Positions 22,674 through 38,121 of a stretch of DNA of 64,000 nt are shown piece by piece. Origin of the DNA: Lama guanicoe (Eukaryota). The stretch lies in contig MU053881.1 of the NCBI GenBank assembly GCA_013239625.1, forward strand, positions 15,492,373-15,556,372. The letters run 5' to 3'. How positions within the stretch are numbered: the first letter of the stretch is position 1; every line of letters starts with the position of its first letter. The notes under the pieces were generated by a model that saw nothing but the letters and a program-made list of their open reading frames with translations, was not told the origin of the DNA and did no database searches. The position numbers were made by a program, and so were the translations under genes.

Positions 22674-25600
22674 CGGTATAGTCAGTTACATTGTGTCAAT
22701 TTCTGGTGTATTGCCTGCCCTTCTAAACTATAGAGCTTGGCAGATCCTGAGGGTGATAAGGCAGTAGGCAGTACATCCTGGGAATCAGGCATGGGAGGGG
22801 GACCTGGGCCAACTCCAAGAATTCAGCATGTGAGAAACATGGTCCCATGTACCTGCCTGGGTGATGCTAGGCTCCTGAGAGGCCTCAGCCCTGGTCTGTC
22901 CAGAGGGGACACAAATGCCTTCAGCCCATGAGGTCAGACCTGGGTCAGAGAAAGCGGGTATTGGAGATGGGGTTTTGGAGGATGAGTAGAAATTTGCCAG
23001 CAAGAAGGCATTCCAGCAATGTGACATGCAGTAGGCCCCAGTTTGGCCCCATCTGGCCCCTGTGGTTGAGTGACCCTAGACTGTCCATGACGTTCAGGTG
23101 TTTCTTCCACTAAATATGGGCAAGGACAGAGCCTCTGAGATTAGGCCAGCTCAGGTTTGAATTCAGGCTTTTCCACTTTCTGGGTGACTCTGGCTGAATG
23201 AGGCCACACCAAGATTGGCCCCAGTTTACAGGAGAATAAACTGAGGCTTACAGAGGGAGGCCACTCACCCTAGGATGCCAAGGGAAGTGGTTAAAGCTGG
23301 GGCCTGTGGTCAGGACTTGGGGAAGGACAGGGAGACAGTTGAGAAGGAGGAGAGGTGTGAGGCACCCAAGGCCAGTATCCTGGGACCTGAGGGATGGAGA
23401 GGGAAGACCAGCCAGGCAGCCTGGCTATGTTTTGCATAGCAAGTGCAAAGGTCCTGAGGTAGGATCACATTTGGGAGCCTCCAGAAACAATAAGGAGGCA
23501 GGTGAGCCAGGGGCTGATATGTGAAGGGCAGACAGAAGGAAAGGAGGGCAGAGCAGCCACAGAGGCTATGCAGGGCCTTAGGGAGCAGGAGGACCATGGT
23601 GGGTTGGGAACAGGGAGAGATGGAATCCAGAGTAATCATTGGCAGCTGAATCAGGGCTTACCTGGGGATTCAGAGGTCTAGGGAACACCACACAGCTCCT
23701 ATCTGTCAGCACATATCAGCACATGCCAGCCCGTAGCAGCACAAGCCTGCATAAGCCAGTACACTCTAGCACAAGCTAGCTCTTGCCAACACACACCAAC
23801 ATCCACTGCTGACCAACACCCATGTCTAACACCTAGACCCGGACTCACAAATGCACCAGTCAGCCTGTACCTGCTTCCCGTATTGACGGGAGATGTGTAC
23901 CATATTCGAGTATATATAAGGAGTATGCACACACCTCTGGGCAACTCCACAGACAAGACGGACACACAAACATGTAGGCACACACTGGCGGTTCCACCTA
24001 TTTCCAGGCCTCCTGCAAACATACATGGTGTGCGCACACCCTCCAGTGTGCGTCACGAGGAGGCTCAGGAAGCGCTGCTGGGGGCTCCCTTGAGAGCTGG
24101 TTTCCTGTTTTCAAAGAGGCTGGGAACTGCTAATGGAATGTTCTCGACAGACCCAGCCCCTCCCCCACTGCCTCCGCACCCCAACCCCTATCCAGCCCCA
24201 CAGAACCTGCACCCCCTCTGTGCCCAGAACTGACCCTTTCTGACAGTGAGATCAGGCTCCAGATGAGGAAACTGAGGTTCAGAGAAGTGCCTGAAGTCCA
24301 GACCCTGAGCTCCAACCTGCCTCCCTCTGGAGCACCATTCTTGGGGTCCAGAGTTCACAGATGGGGAATCACCTCCTTCTGCCTGGACTGTGGCCCAGCT
24401 CCTCGTGGCTCCTGGGACCACCGCCATGCAGCCCAGACTCTCCCACCCCATGAATCCAGTCCCCCCATTTACCACCCACCTTACCCATCCCATCCCTCTG
24501 TGTCCCCAAATGAGGGCCACCTAGGTCACAAACATTAATGATGTGTCAGTCAACAAAGCAGTCCTGGTCTCACCCTCTGGCGGTTGTGGAGGGGAAGGAT
24601 ACAGTCCGGGAGCAAATAAACAAACACATCTGCATCTGTCCCCTCTGTCCCCATCTGTCCCACCAGGATGGCTGAGGACACATTCAACTCTCTCTTGCCT
24701 GCTGTGGTTGCACCGGCTGTTCCCTCTGCTTGGAATGTGATCTCTAGCTCCTTAGTGAACTCTTCTTCATCCTTCAAAGCCCCAACACCAATGTCTTCTC
24801 TTGGAAGCCCTCCCTGAACCTTCCAGCCCTCATCCTTCCCTCTGGCCCCACCCCGACTCCATGGGGCTGGGGTGTTTGTGGATTCCATCATAATGCCCTC
24901 GGGACCTTATTCTGCCATCCTTGGCATGGTGGCAATGATGGTCCCTTATCATTACCTTCAGGGTGTCCCCAGACTCTCACAGTGATTGGCCCAGCCAGAG
25001 TCACATGCCCATCCCTAAACCAATCCCTGAGTCTGTGGTGATGAAAAAAGCTCTCATTGGCCAAGACCTGATTACATGTCCACATCTGGAGGCAGTAAAT
25101 GGACTTGTTTTTTTTTTTTTTTGTCCACTGAAAGGTGGTTAGGGAGAGTAGATTCCACCAAGACCCTTTTACCAAGGACTTAGGGGTCCCCTGTCTGCCT
25201 CATTCTGTCTGGGAGTCTTTGGGCAAGTCATCTGTTCTCTTTGCCTCAGTTTCCCCATCTGTGGATTGGGCTCAGCATGTCTGAGATGTTGGCACGCAGA
25301 TGGCCCATCCAGGCACACACCCCCATCCCTGTTCAGAGGCCCTGTTTACCATGCATCAGTCCCCCATCCTTTCTTGTTCTCTGTGAATCCTCCCGAGTTG
25401 GGGCAGCCCAGCGTGGCATGCACTGATGGCCACCAGCTGAGTCACCACTTCCTCCTGGGCCCCTTGCCCAGCCTGATGCTTTCTGGGGACTTTCCTAGCC
25501 TTCCCTGAACATCAAAAACAAGGTAGGGGATGACTCCCAGGTGGGGGAAGCCAGGGCAGAGGCACATGTGGACTGGACTTGCATACACTCTGGTGTGGGT

Positions 25601-26764
25601 TCAAATCCCATGTTCTGTCTCCACCTGTAAAGACCTCATAAATGTTCCTCCTCAGAGTTGGTGGACTCCAAATGTGGACACCCCACAAACTCTCAACCAT
25701 GGGCCATGGGCGCCCAGCGCTGGAGGGGTTCATGGTCATTACTGTTGTACCTGTTTGGACAGGTGTTAGCGGTCATGTGGGTCTGTGCTAGCTTCTCAGT
25801 TGTGTGTGCCCGAGTTCACTGGCCTGTTTCTGGGTCCCTGCACATGTGTGTGCATTGTGGCTGTCCCTGTGTGTAGAGTCCAGTGGGCTTAAAAGACAGA
25901 CCCAGCCCCTTGCTGGAAAAAGAAGTGCATCTGGTGGTACCCGGAACTCCTTGACCAAAGGCAGGCGGGCTGGGAGATTGCTGGTGTAGGGATCGTGGGG
26001 GGCAAGAAGCAGCAGGAGCAGCACACTCAGGAGGAGGCAGCGGGGCATGTAGGTCAGGCAGGCTGAGGGGATGGGGAGCTCCATGTGTAAGCTCGGTGTC
26101 TGGGGCAGAGCTGAGCTTTGAGAGGAAATGACATCAGTTCTAAAATATTCACCAAGTGCCTAATGGATGTGCCCAGCACTGTGGATATAGTAGGGCACTC
26201 GGGGAAGCAGACATGTAAATTAGCAACATGTAAATATATAAGTCTGGGAAGGGGAAAGATCTAGAAGCAAATTGCACGACAGCAGAGGTAGGGGAACTGA
26301 GGAAGCACTCTGCTAGGGACAGGGAGGCCTACAAGGAAGAAGGTTCCAGGAAGATCTGGGGAGAGGGAGGTCCAGGTGGAAGGCGCAACAGGTGCAAAGT
26401 TCCTGAGGTGGGGCTGAGCTGGCAGTAGGGCCTCATTCAGGAAGATCTAAGCCCAGAGCAAGGAGGGGAGGCATCAGGGGGCAGCGCTGGTGGGGAGCAG
26501 GGCCACCAGGACGGGTTGTCCTGTAACTGGAGCCCAGCAGGAACACATCCCCCAACCCACCCACCCCCAGCACTCCCTGCTCGGGACAGAATGTGCCGGG
26601 AGGAGAGGCTGGTGGTGGCTTTGCATGGTGGCTGGAGCAAGGCGGCTGCAGGATTCCTGAACAGCAGCCCAGCTGGGCTGGCTGCCAGCAAGGGCGGAAA
26701 ACAAGCAGCAGGCGCCAGGCCTGCCTGTCACCCCGTGCCCTAGGCTTGGCCTGGCCAGGGCAGC

Positions 26765-27012
26765 GGACAGAGATGGTGGAGTCAAAGACTGAGAGAGACA
26801 GAGAGGTGGTAACCCAGAGATGGTAAGCGAGAGACAGAGACCGAGAGATAGTGAGAGAAACAGAGATGCAGAGATGGTAAGTCAGAGATAGGGGAGACAG
26901 AGACAATGAGAGACAGTGACAGAGAAACAGCTAAAGAGACAGAGCAAGAGGCAGAGATGGGGGAGAAAAAGATGGTGAGAGAGGCAGAGACTCTTAGTGA
27001 GAGACAGAGAGC
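26765..27012 (+). repeat. GA-rich low-complexity tract
   Basis: Degenerate (GA)n/(GACA)n. Confidence 0.7.
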
Positions 27013-28579
27013 AATATGGCATTGACTTTGAATGGGTGACAGGTTTGATTTTAGGGGGGGGTCCTAGGAACAAGTGAGAGGCAGTGACACTCTCACCCCC
27101 ATCAGAGACTTTGCTCATATCAGAGTAAGTGGAGAGTCCCCTCCAGTTACTCAGTCACCTCTCCTTTTGCCTGCTGTGTGCTAGAGCCAGAGACACAGCT
27201 CTGACCCAGGCCTGCTCTCAGACTCAGACAAACAAGTGAATATCTAAGTAAGAATTTCAGAGACTGATGAGGACTATGGAAACAATAGGATGGGGGATAG
27301 AAGAAGGAGTGATGCGAAGTGGTGACTTGAGGTCGAGGCATCCCTGAAAAGATGAGGCTAGTGGGTAAAGCAGAGCCAGCCATAAGGGAGAGACTTTCAG
27401 CAGAGGGAACCACATGTGCAAAGGCCCTGAGGTAGGAACCAGCTTGGAGTATTTGAGTATCAGGGAGGGATAGAGTGGGAGCTGGAAGAGGCAGGTGGGA
27501 GATCTTAGGAGGAGCGGGGCTTTTATCTTAGAAGAATATTTGTCCACCCTCCTCTACACCTTATGGGCCTCTATGTTTAGCGAGTTCCCCAAATTCTGAA
27601 CTGCCTGAGCCAGCTCCATCCTGGTTGTCATTTATCCGAATCAGAAAATCTGCCTCCTTTAGGGATCAGGTTCCAGATAGTTGCAGACGCAGGATTCCTG
27701 GGGACACGAAGTGGCTTGTCCTCCCAAGTTCCCCAGGGGAAACTTTCACAGAACTGTATGCACATCCGCTGTTGCAATAAACACCTTAGATTCTTCTCAG
27801 TTTGGGAACATGGATCTGGAAATTGGCATCTTGCATTTCCCATAACCCAGTTGATGGGGAACTCAGTCCTTCCTGAGGCTGCTTCTTTGGGGTCTAGGTG
27901 GCTGTGCTGTGGTAACATCTCCCCTCTGCTGGGCCCCAAGGAAGCCCAAGTCTGACATGCTCCAAGCTTGGTGACAGATCAGTGGGAGCCGGGTGAACCC
28001 CAAAATCAGGAGACACTGGGAATCAGGGCCCAAATTTGAACTGGGGAGGGGGGAGATTGAGGCTGTGGAGAGGGGGTGTCTCAGAGTCTCAGATGGGGAA
28101 ACTGAGGCCCATGGTCACACAGAGAGAAACGCCTGAAACCACATCTCCCAGTGTCCATCCCCTGGGTCCCTAATCCTCATCCCTGCCCTTTGGCCTGGCC
28201 CATGGACACTCTGGGCTGCCAGTTAATTTCCACTGCCTGGGAAGGCTGGTGGGCACAGCCAGGGCTATCAGAGAGGTGGTCTAATTTGACCCCACCCAAA
28301 GTGGGCAGGGCCTCAGGTCTGGGGTGGAACTTGAGCTACCAGGGAGTGTCATGTGGGTGTAACATTACCTGTGGGATATAGATTACAGAGTTCTAGGGGC
28401 AGTTTTGAGTGGCAGCTTCATCAGTCCTTACTGTGAGAAAATGGGTGAGTCACCTGACTCTTTTGGACTCACTTTCCCCATCTGCAACTCCAGGAGAATA
28501 AAAACCTCTATGCTACTGTGGCTACCTTAGAGCCCAGTGAGGATTCAAACAACTCCTTGGACATGCATAACCAGAGGAA

Positions 28580-29035
28580 CACAAGTCACAATTGCCATAA
28601 GGTGGAAATGACCCAAATGTCCATCAATGGGGACAGTGAGCGGACAAATAAAATGTGGTTCATCCACACAATGGAATATTATTTGGCCATAAAAAGAAAT
28701 GAGGCACTGATTCATACTGCAATGTGGTTAAATTTCTGAATACATCATGCTGAAGGAAAGAAGCCAGACACAAAAGGCTGCCTATCCTATGATCCCATCT
28801 ACACGAGCTGTCCAGAACAGGCAAATCAAGACAGAAAGCAGATTAGTGGTTGCCTTGGGCTGAGGGAGGGGGAATGGGAAGTGATGACAATTGGGTCAAG
28901 CATTTACCTTTGGGGCTGATTAAAATGTTCTGGAACTAGATAGAGGTGATGGTTGTACAAAATTGTAATTGTCCTAAATACTAAGGAACTGCACACTTTC
29001 AAATGGTATATGAATGAACGTCAATAAAACAAAAA
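28580..29035 (+). mobile_element. Old LINE-1 3' end (L1MB/MC-like)
   Basis: CCCAAATGTCCATCAA...ATGGAATATTATTTGGCCATAAAAAGAAATGA...GATTAGTGGTTGCC...AATAAAACAAAAA. Confidence 0.75.
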
Positions 29036-29333
29036 CAGCCCAGACGCTGTAGATAGGCAGGATCCTCCTGCATCCGGCACTCCCCTGCCCTGCAGCATCC
29101 ATGCTCCCAGCCTCTGTGACTGCACGAGGTGAGGGCATCGGGCTCCAACCTGCGCTCAGTCTCCCCTGGGCCTCACTTTCACCTTCTGGACAATGGGTCC
29201 CTCAACCCTCCTCAGCCTGGAATTCATTCTGAGATCCTGACCCACAGTGGTGTTTAGGGCCACCCCGGCTTCTTTGGCACCTGGGGAGAAGTAAAACACT
29301 AAGAACACTAAGCCCAGTCTCTTCCTCCATGCT

Positions 29334-29339
29334 TTTATT
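29334..29339 (-). terminator. ARRDC2 polyadenylation signal
   Basis: AATAAA on the minus strand about 1.1 kb after the stop, followed by GU-rich TTAGTGTTCTTAGTGTTTT. Confidence 0.75.
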
Positions 29340-29540
29340 TTTAAAAAATTGTACAAAAGAGGACAATTTAAGGCTTGTCAGAAATGCAGAGTCCCAGGCG
29401 GGGGCCCTGCCCCAGCCGGGCTGGGACTCTGCCCTTGGGGGCTCTGCCCCATCATGTTTTGTTCCTCCAGGACACAGGGGGTGTCCAGAAACACCCTGGC
29501 CCTTCTGTGTCATCCCAGGCTAACCTCCGTCCCCCTAGCA

Positions 29541-29630
29541 TAGTTTAATGCTCTGCTGTCCATCTTGAAATTCTTAATCCTTGAACAATGGGCCCCACAT
29601 CTTCATTTTGCAAGTTATACAGCTGGTCTT
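29541..29630 (-). mobile_element. MER91A-like DNA transposon fragment in the ARRDC2 3'UTR
   Basis: TTTAATGCTCTGCTGTCCATCTTGAAATTCTTAAT..TTGAACAATGGGCCCC..CTTCATTTTGCA; family by recall. Confidence 0.5.
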
Positions 29631-30430
29631 GTCTGTCCCACTCTGAACCCGGGTTTCTTGGTCCATGCAGTACCCAGGAGTATGCAATGGAGTGTGTGGA
29701 GGGGCCCCTGGGCAGCCCAGCCTAGGCTGGGAATCTCTGGCTTTCAAAGGTTTCAAAGGCTAGAGCTGCTGCCCCTGCCACCCACAGGCCCCACACAGCT
29801 CCAATGACTTGCTTCCCTGAATGCCTCATTCCTGGGCCCTCTCACCTGCCAGAACTTGCAGTGCGGCCTCGATTGAGGTACTTGCTTTCTGAGCCCCAGT
29901 TCTAAGATGAAGGGGGCAGTCTCCAAACATCACTCAGCTCTGACCTTCTTCGACTTTTCCTTCTTGCCTGCCCGCATGCGGAGCTCTTATTCATAGGCCA
30001 AAGCCTCATCTGAAATGCCCTTTCCTCCAGGAAGCCTTCTTTGCTTCCCCTTCGGACTTTCCCAGATCAGGGTCCCTTCCTCTGGTCCCACAGGACTGGA
30101 AGTATTTCTGTCTGGTTCTGTTCCTGCCAGACTAGAGGCTTCTGGGGGACACCGTCCCTGCTCACAGGTCAGCACAGACAGGTTGAACAGTCTCTCGGAT
30201 CCCACGCTGGGCACCTGATACCTTATGAGGACGGGTCCAGATTTGTCAGATTCCAGATTGGCTCTTCCTCTGTTCTGTGTGATGTTGGAACAGCCCTGCC
30301 CACTTCTGAGACTCGGTTTCCCCAACTTCAGTGCACTCAGGTGGGTATGCTCTTAATCCAGCCGCTCCTCATGGCCACAGGGGCTCAAAGCACATGTGCA
30401 GCCTCATCCGTTGAAGTCTCCACTGGTCCC

Positions 30431-30484
30431 TCAGCAGGTCCTGCAGTGTGGCCTCATGGCCTCTGAGGGCGGGTTTGGATCCTC
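30431..30484 (-). CDS. ARRDC2: ARRDC2 exon 8 (last coding)
   Basis: Acceptor TTCAG|; encodes EDPNPPSEAMRPHCRTC-TGA. Confidence 0.9.
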   Translation of the reverse strand, partial: EDPNPPSEAMRPHCRTC

Positions 30485-30654
30485 CTGAAGGAAATGATCC
30501 CATTAAGTCTCTGGATGCCCCCGCTCAGAAACACCTCTCCCTACCCTCAAATCCTCCCCGCCCTCATCTCCACACCCCCTCTTAGCCAGGGGTAGATACC
30601 TAGGATCAGACAGAGATGCAAGCTGGGTTTAGGCCCAGAATGAAATTAAATTTA

Positions 30655-30921
<267 letters not shown>

Positions 30922-31037
30922 TCAGAATTGGAAACTATGGCCAGGAGCCAGCTTGTGCCAGTTCAGAGGCTGTGGAGCTGTGTGCCCTTGGGCTGGGATT
31001 CTGGGGGGACCCATGGCTGCCAACATAATTCTTACTA

Positions 31038-31988
<951 letters not shown>

Positions 31989-32171
31989 TCAACCCCCTCT
32001 CCCCCCGCTGAAGGAGGACTTGGGGCAGGACCTAGTTTCCTCGTTTCTTTTTAACTATCTAGCAACTATTCATAAAATGGGTCCAGGCATACGACCCATC
32101 CCATTAAATGAAAAATGAAATTAACAAGCCAAGCGCTTAGTGCCTAACTAACATCCAGTAAACCATTATTA

Positions 32172-33315
<1,144 letters not shown>

Positions 33316-33379
33316 CTACAGCCTAAGGACGCGAATCAACCTGGCGCGCGCAAGCGCATTTACCAACCAGGCCGGAGAC

Positions 33380-33500
33380 TCCTCACGGTTTGCGCCGGCG
33401 CTGCCTTTATACGGCAGGCAGAGGCGGGGCGAGACGCAGGGCACGCCCCCGGAAGTGAGTACGCCAATGGCGCGGCGAGAGGCGTGGCTCCGCCCAGGCT
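33380..33500 (-). promoter_or_regulatory. ARRDC2 proximal promoter (CpG island)
   Basis: TATAAAG on minus at 33405-33411, GC box near 33423, ETS CCGGAAGTG at 33449-33457, inverted CCAAT at 33464-33468. Confidence 0.75.
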
Positions 33501-34347
33501 TGGAGCAAAATAACAAACTCCCCAGCTCTCGGCCGGCTGCCCTCTACCCTCATTGACCATGGGGTGAAACTGAAGCACCGAGGGCAAGAGCATGTATCTC
33601 AGACTCCCTAGGTAAAGAAAAACTGAAGCCTGGAGGCGGGACCCGAGCCTGAGGTCACCTAGCAAAAGCATTCTACCCATCGGCTTAATCATCAACCGGT
33701 CGCCACTTGCAGACGTGACTCGAGGCATGACCAGCCCTAGCTGGAGAAGTGTGGAACGGTCTGACCCTGGCCGGAGCCTGAGCGCCTAGGACTACCTCGG
33801 ACCTCAGTTTCTCCCCTTCTGTGCAATGGAGGAGGAAGGAAGAAGTGGATGCGGCCTCTTTCCACTAGGGCACCTGCTGCCCCCTCCTCTGATTCGAAAC
33901 CCGCTCAGCTGGCTGACCCGAGCTAGTGACAGTCTCCTGGAGTCTGAGGTTCCACGTTTGTAGAGCCAGAAGAAAATCAGTCCCGATCTCAGGGGGTTGT
34001 GCATGAAGCACTGTGTAGCTTGACTCCTCCCAGAGCCTCTCGGATCAGCAACCTGCTCCCGACACACTGCCACTCGGCTGCGCCTCAGCTCTTTTACCCA
34101 AGTTGCTCCTACAACCCGTCGTTTCTTTCCCATCTTTCAACATCGTCCCCCCTCCCCCCGCCCCGCCTCCTCCAACTCCTACTTGCCCTATAGGCCTAGC
34201 TCGTCCCCTCACAGACTAGGCCGAGTACCGGAGAAGCTAATGGCATCCCGGGATCCAGTGCTACGGCGTGTCTTTGGGGCTATGGCCCCTCTCTGGGCCT
34301 TAGTTTCCTTAGAGTTGGGAGCTGCCTGCTCATGATCTGTGGGACGC

Positions 34348-34368
34348 CTGCGCCCTCTAGTGGCAGCA
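34348..34368 (-). promoter_or_regulatory. CTCF binding motif
   Basis: Minus strand TGCTGCCACTAGAGGGCGCAG, a strong match to the CTCF core. Confidence 0.72.
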
Positions 34369-35856
34369 GTATGCACTGCTGCTCGAACCCACTCCCTACC
34401 TTGGCCAACCCCTTTTAAGTCTGGCTCAGGCCACGCAGGAACCTCCCAGAGACCTCGGCACACCCCGTGGGTGGCGGCCATAACCAGACACGGTCAACCA
34501 GTGATAAGGCTCAGATCAGGCCTAAAGAACAGCCTAGAGGCTGTTCACTGAGTGATCAGCCTGGGGGGCTGCCTGGAGGAGGGGTCTATGGGACTGAAAT
34601 GAGGGGTTGGGACCTTCTCCTAGGGCCAAGTGGAGCCTAGAAAGAGGACAGGAGGCCATAATCCCAGGAGGAGGTGGAGAATAAAGTGACCCTGGGGGGA
34701 TAGGGAGTCTCATACTGAGCCAGTGCCCTCAGTCCATTTCACAGATGGGTCCCCAGAGGCTCAGAGAGAGGCAGGGCCTCACTGGAGGTCACAAAGCAGC
34801 TCCACAAGCTTCACGCTGCCAGTATCTTAAGGAACCCACCAGTGAACGGGACCAGGGAGAGTAGGGTGAGACCAGACCCAATTTCCCTTGAGTCACAGGG
34901 AAAGGGAAGTGTCTACAGGGCCCCTTCCTGCCCCACCCCATGCCCAATACGCCTTGGTTTCCACAGCTGGTCAGGCCACAGCTCCCACACCTGGGGGCTG
35001 CTGGGACAAGGCTGCAAGTCTGTAAGCAAAGCATCTAGTGTGCACAGTGCCGGAAAAGAGGGGGCTGTGGGTGGGGAGCCGGGTCTGAGCTGCTTCCTGC
35101 CTCTGCCCATTTTGCAGACAGGTATAGTAGGGTCTGCCTTCCCCCAGAGGAGGTGGCTAGGGCAGCCAGGGAGGCCAATATCCTCCTCAGCCACATTGCA
35201 CAGTGCTGGGGCACAGACTTGCTCTCTCTTGCCCCTGTTTTGCTCCTGACTGGCTATATGGCCTGAGGGCAGGGGACTGAGGTTTAGAGCAAGGTAGGGA
35301 CATGCCTAAGACCTAAGATTCCCAACCTGACCCCACCCCAAGTCTTCTCTTTCCTGGGATGCATTCACACCCCTTCATCTGCAAACACCACCAGAACCCC
35401 TAACCCAGGGAAGAACTGGTTCCGTGAACACTGGGGAGGCGCACTGGCGGAACGTGTGACAGGGGCCTTCTTTGGGAATCAGGAACCCCAGGCCTTGGTT
35501 TAACGAGGGATCCTGGCTCCAGAGAAGAGGATCTCCCAGCTCCACCAGTGATTCCCCCAGAATCCATACGGGGGCCCCCACCCCACAGCCTCTAGATCAA
35601 TGGCGTTCCGGCTCTGCAGGGAGGGGCACCCAGGTCCTGGGAGTGGTTCCTGGCAAAAAGGATTTTGGAAGCGGGTAAGTGGGTGAGTGTCCCAGTAGGA
35701 GGGTCCACACCCTAGGGAGGAGGTCCCCACTTCTTAAGATGGGTCACCCGACAGCACAGCCTCTAAGTCGAAACTCTGGCTCTGGAGAGGAGCGCCCAGA
35801 CTTGGGTAGAGGGTCCCTGGGAATCCTGGCTCGGGGGTCGGGGCTGAGCGGCTTAC

Positions 35857-36115
35857 CTCGGAGCAGCAGCTGCCGCCGCCGCAGATACGTCTCCGCGGCT
35901 GCGAAGTCGCTGGACACCGCGTTCACACCCACGCTTCGGCCCTCGAGCCAGTGCGTGGCCGCCCCGCCGCGCGCCGCCACTTCGAGCGCTCGCACCCGCA
36001 GCGGCGCCGCCGCCTCCAGCAGCACCCGGCCGCACAGCCGCTCCCCGCCGCGGTACGCGCCGCCCGGGCCCCGCGCCAGCTCCAGCGCGAAGCTGCGCAC
36101 GGCCCCCGGGCGCAT
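35857..36115 (-). CDS. ARRDC2: ARRDC2 distal alternative first coding exon (396-aa isoform)
   Basis: GCCATG; MRPGAVRSFALELARGPGGAYRGGERLCGRVLLEAAAPLRVRALEV...THWLEGRS...YLRRRQLLLR; 259 nt, phase-1 donor G|GTAAGC compatible with exon 2. Confidence 0.9.
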
Positions 36116-36460
36116 GGCGCGGGCCGGGACGCGTGGCGTGGAGGACGCGCCCGGCTCGAGTCCGCCCGGCACGCGCGACCAGGCGCACAACTGGGGGCGC
36201 GTCTGCAGACCTCCCTCGTCCTCGCAGCGCCCGGCGCCCCCGCCGAGCTTTCTCCTGCTTCTGCGAACTTGTGCCGGCGCCGCCGGCCCCAGGCCGGGGC
36301 GTCGTTGGCTGACTTCCTGGTCCTCTGCCTCCGCCCCCGTGACGCGCCCTGGCCTCCAGGGACGTACCCGCGCGGTTGACTTTGCTACCCGTCAAAGCGG
36401 GGCGCGCCTTGCTTTTTTAGGGTAGGCACTGTTGAGTCAGAGGCGGACCGGGGCGGATGT
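36116..36460 (-). promoter_or_regulatory. ARRDC2 distal promoter / 5'UTR CpG island
   Basis: Dense CpG, GC boxes, ETS ACTTCCT (about 36312) and a CRE half-site TGACG (about 36341). Confidence 0.65.
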
Positions 36461-37798
36461 GGCTGGCCAGGAGCAGAGGCAGCCACTCACCCGACTGTGT
36501 CTTGTGGTCTCGTTTGTCCCCTACCCGGCACTTTTGGACCAGGCACCTCCCTAGCCTCCTGCCTGGTCGCCCTGCCACCATCTGGTTGTTTCCAAAACAC
36601 ACCAAGCTCGGGTCTTGCTCCTCGTCCTTTGCACTGGCTGTTCTGGGGCTGGAAACTTCCTTCCCCAAATCTACTTTTCCACCCCTCATCCCCACGCCCA
36701 AATGTCACCGCCTCAGAGTCATGCTTTGGACTTGTTTATTTCTTTAGGGCTCTGGTCCCTATATTTGTGACTACTGTGTGTTTACTGTGGCTCTCCATCA
36801 GACTGGGTGTTCCCAAGGGTGAGCACTGTGCCCTGTTCCTCGAATTTGATCTTACAGAAGAGGAAACTAAGATTCCAGAGGGGCAGCTACTGCCTAGAGT
36901 CCCTAGTGGTAGCAGAGTTGGGTCTCGAACCCAGGTCTGACCACAGCCCACCCACACCTGCCCAGACCCTTCTTGTTCTTGTGCCCAACCTATCACCCCC
37001 AGCCAGGTGGCCCATGGCCTTATCAGAGGCTGCCAGGGCCTGGGCTCTCAGCGGGACCCAGATTAGCCAGGGCCCAGCATCTGCCAAGCACCACGAGCCC
37101 AAGGCCTAGAGGGACCTTTCTGATTCTACTTATGTCTGGAACCCTCCCCTCCATCCTGTCCCAGAGGGGTCTCTCTAACCCCAGGATCACACCACTCCCC
37201 TCCCCATGGACTGCCCTCCACCCAGTCCATTCGTCCTTTTGGCCTGTGGACCCCCACATTTAAGGAGGAGGCTCACCCCTCCTCACTCTGTAGCCCCAGA
37301 TAGGTGGCTTCACTTCTCTGAGTCTCCACATCCTACCCTGGTCAGGTTCTGGTGAAGAGTCAGTATGATCATTTACATTACATTGTCTGTATGCAGCGGG
37401 TGCTCAGCCTGTGTCCAATGAAGACTGAATGGCCCTCCTCAATCATGTCACCTCCCCTGCTGGACAATGACCCATGGCCCTGCTGGAGCCTGGCCCATAG
37501 TCGGTATTCCAGCAAAGCCAGCTGGAAGGATGTCCTGATGACCTGCTGCCTCCCACAGGTCCAGGCTGGGCCATGCATGGTCCCTCTATGGGTGTTAGGT
37601 GGGACTGGAGCAGATGTCCTCCAGGAGGTGTCCCTGACTAAGCTCAGGCCCGGGAGCCTACCAGGCTAGGATGGGGATGGGCTCACTTTGATCCTCTACA
37701 TCCAGTCTGAGACCTTGGGCCAGGTGTCTACCTCCCATGTCATGATGATGAGTGCCCCCCAGCCACGTATAACAGGCAGCAACTGGGTGGGGTCCTGC

Positions 37799-37804
37799 TT
37801 TATT
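37799..37804 (-). terminator. KCNN1 polyadenylation signal
   Basis: AATAAA on minus about 320 nt after the KCNN1 stop. Confidence 0.7.
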
Positions 37805-38121
37805 CGAAACTGGCAAGGACCCCTCTCCTGGCTGCTCCGCACCCACTAGGGGTCAGGGGGCCAGTGGAAGCTCCGGGCTCCCCCAGCTCCAATCAAGGAG
37901 GAAGCGGGCAATGGCCCACCCCTGCCCTAACTGGTCGTCCGGCCCTGCCCCGTGCCCTCTGCCCGGATGGGCTGGGTGGGGCGGGCTCCAGTCCACTCAG
38001 CCCAACTCAGCTTCGGCTCCTTGAACTCCAAGAGGCGCCACTGTACAGGGCTTCCTGGGTGGCATGGAGGTGGTGGCCACACGATGGCCAAGATTGAGGG
38101 GTCCGGTGGCAGGTAGGGCTG

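Noticed and set aside
22376..22767. Phe/Leu/Ser-rich ORFs
   Set aside because: Translations of a (TTTC)n microsatellite and an N gap.
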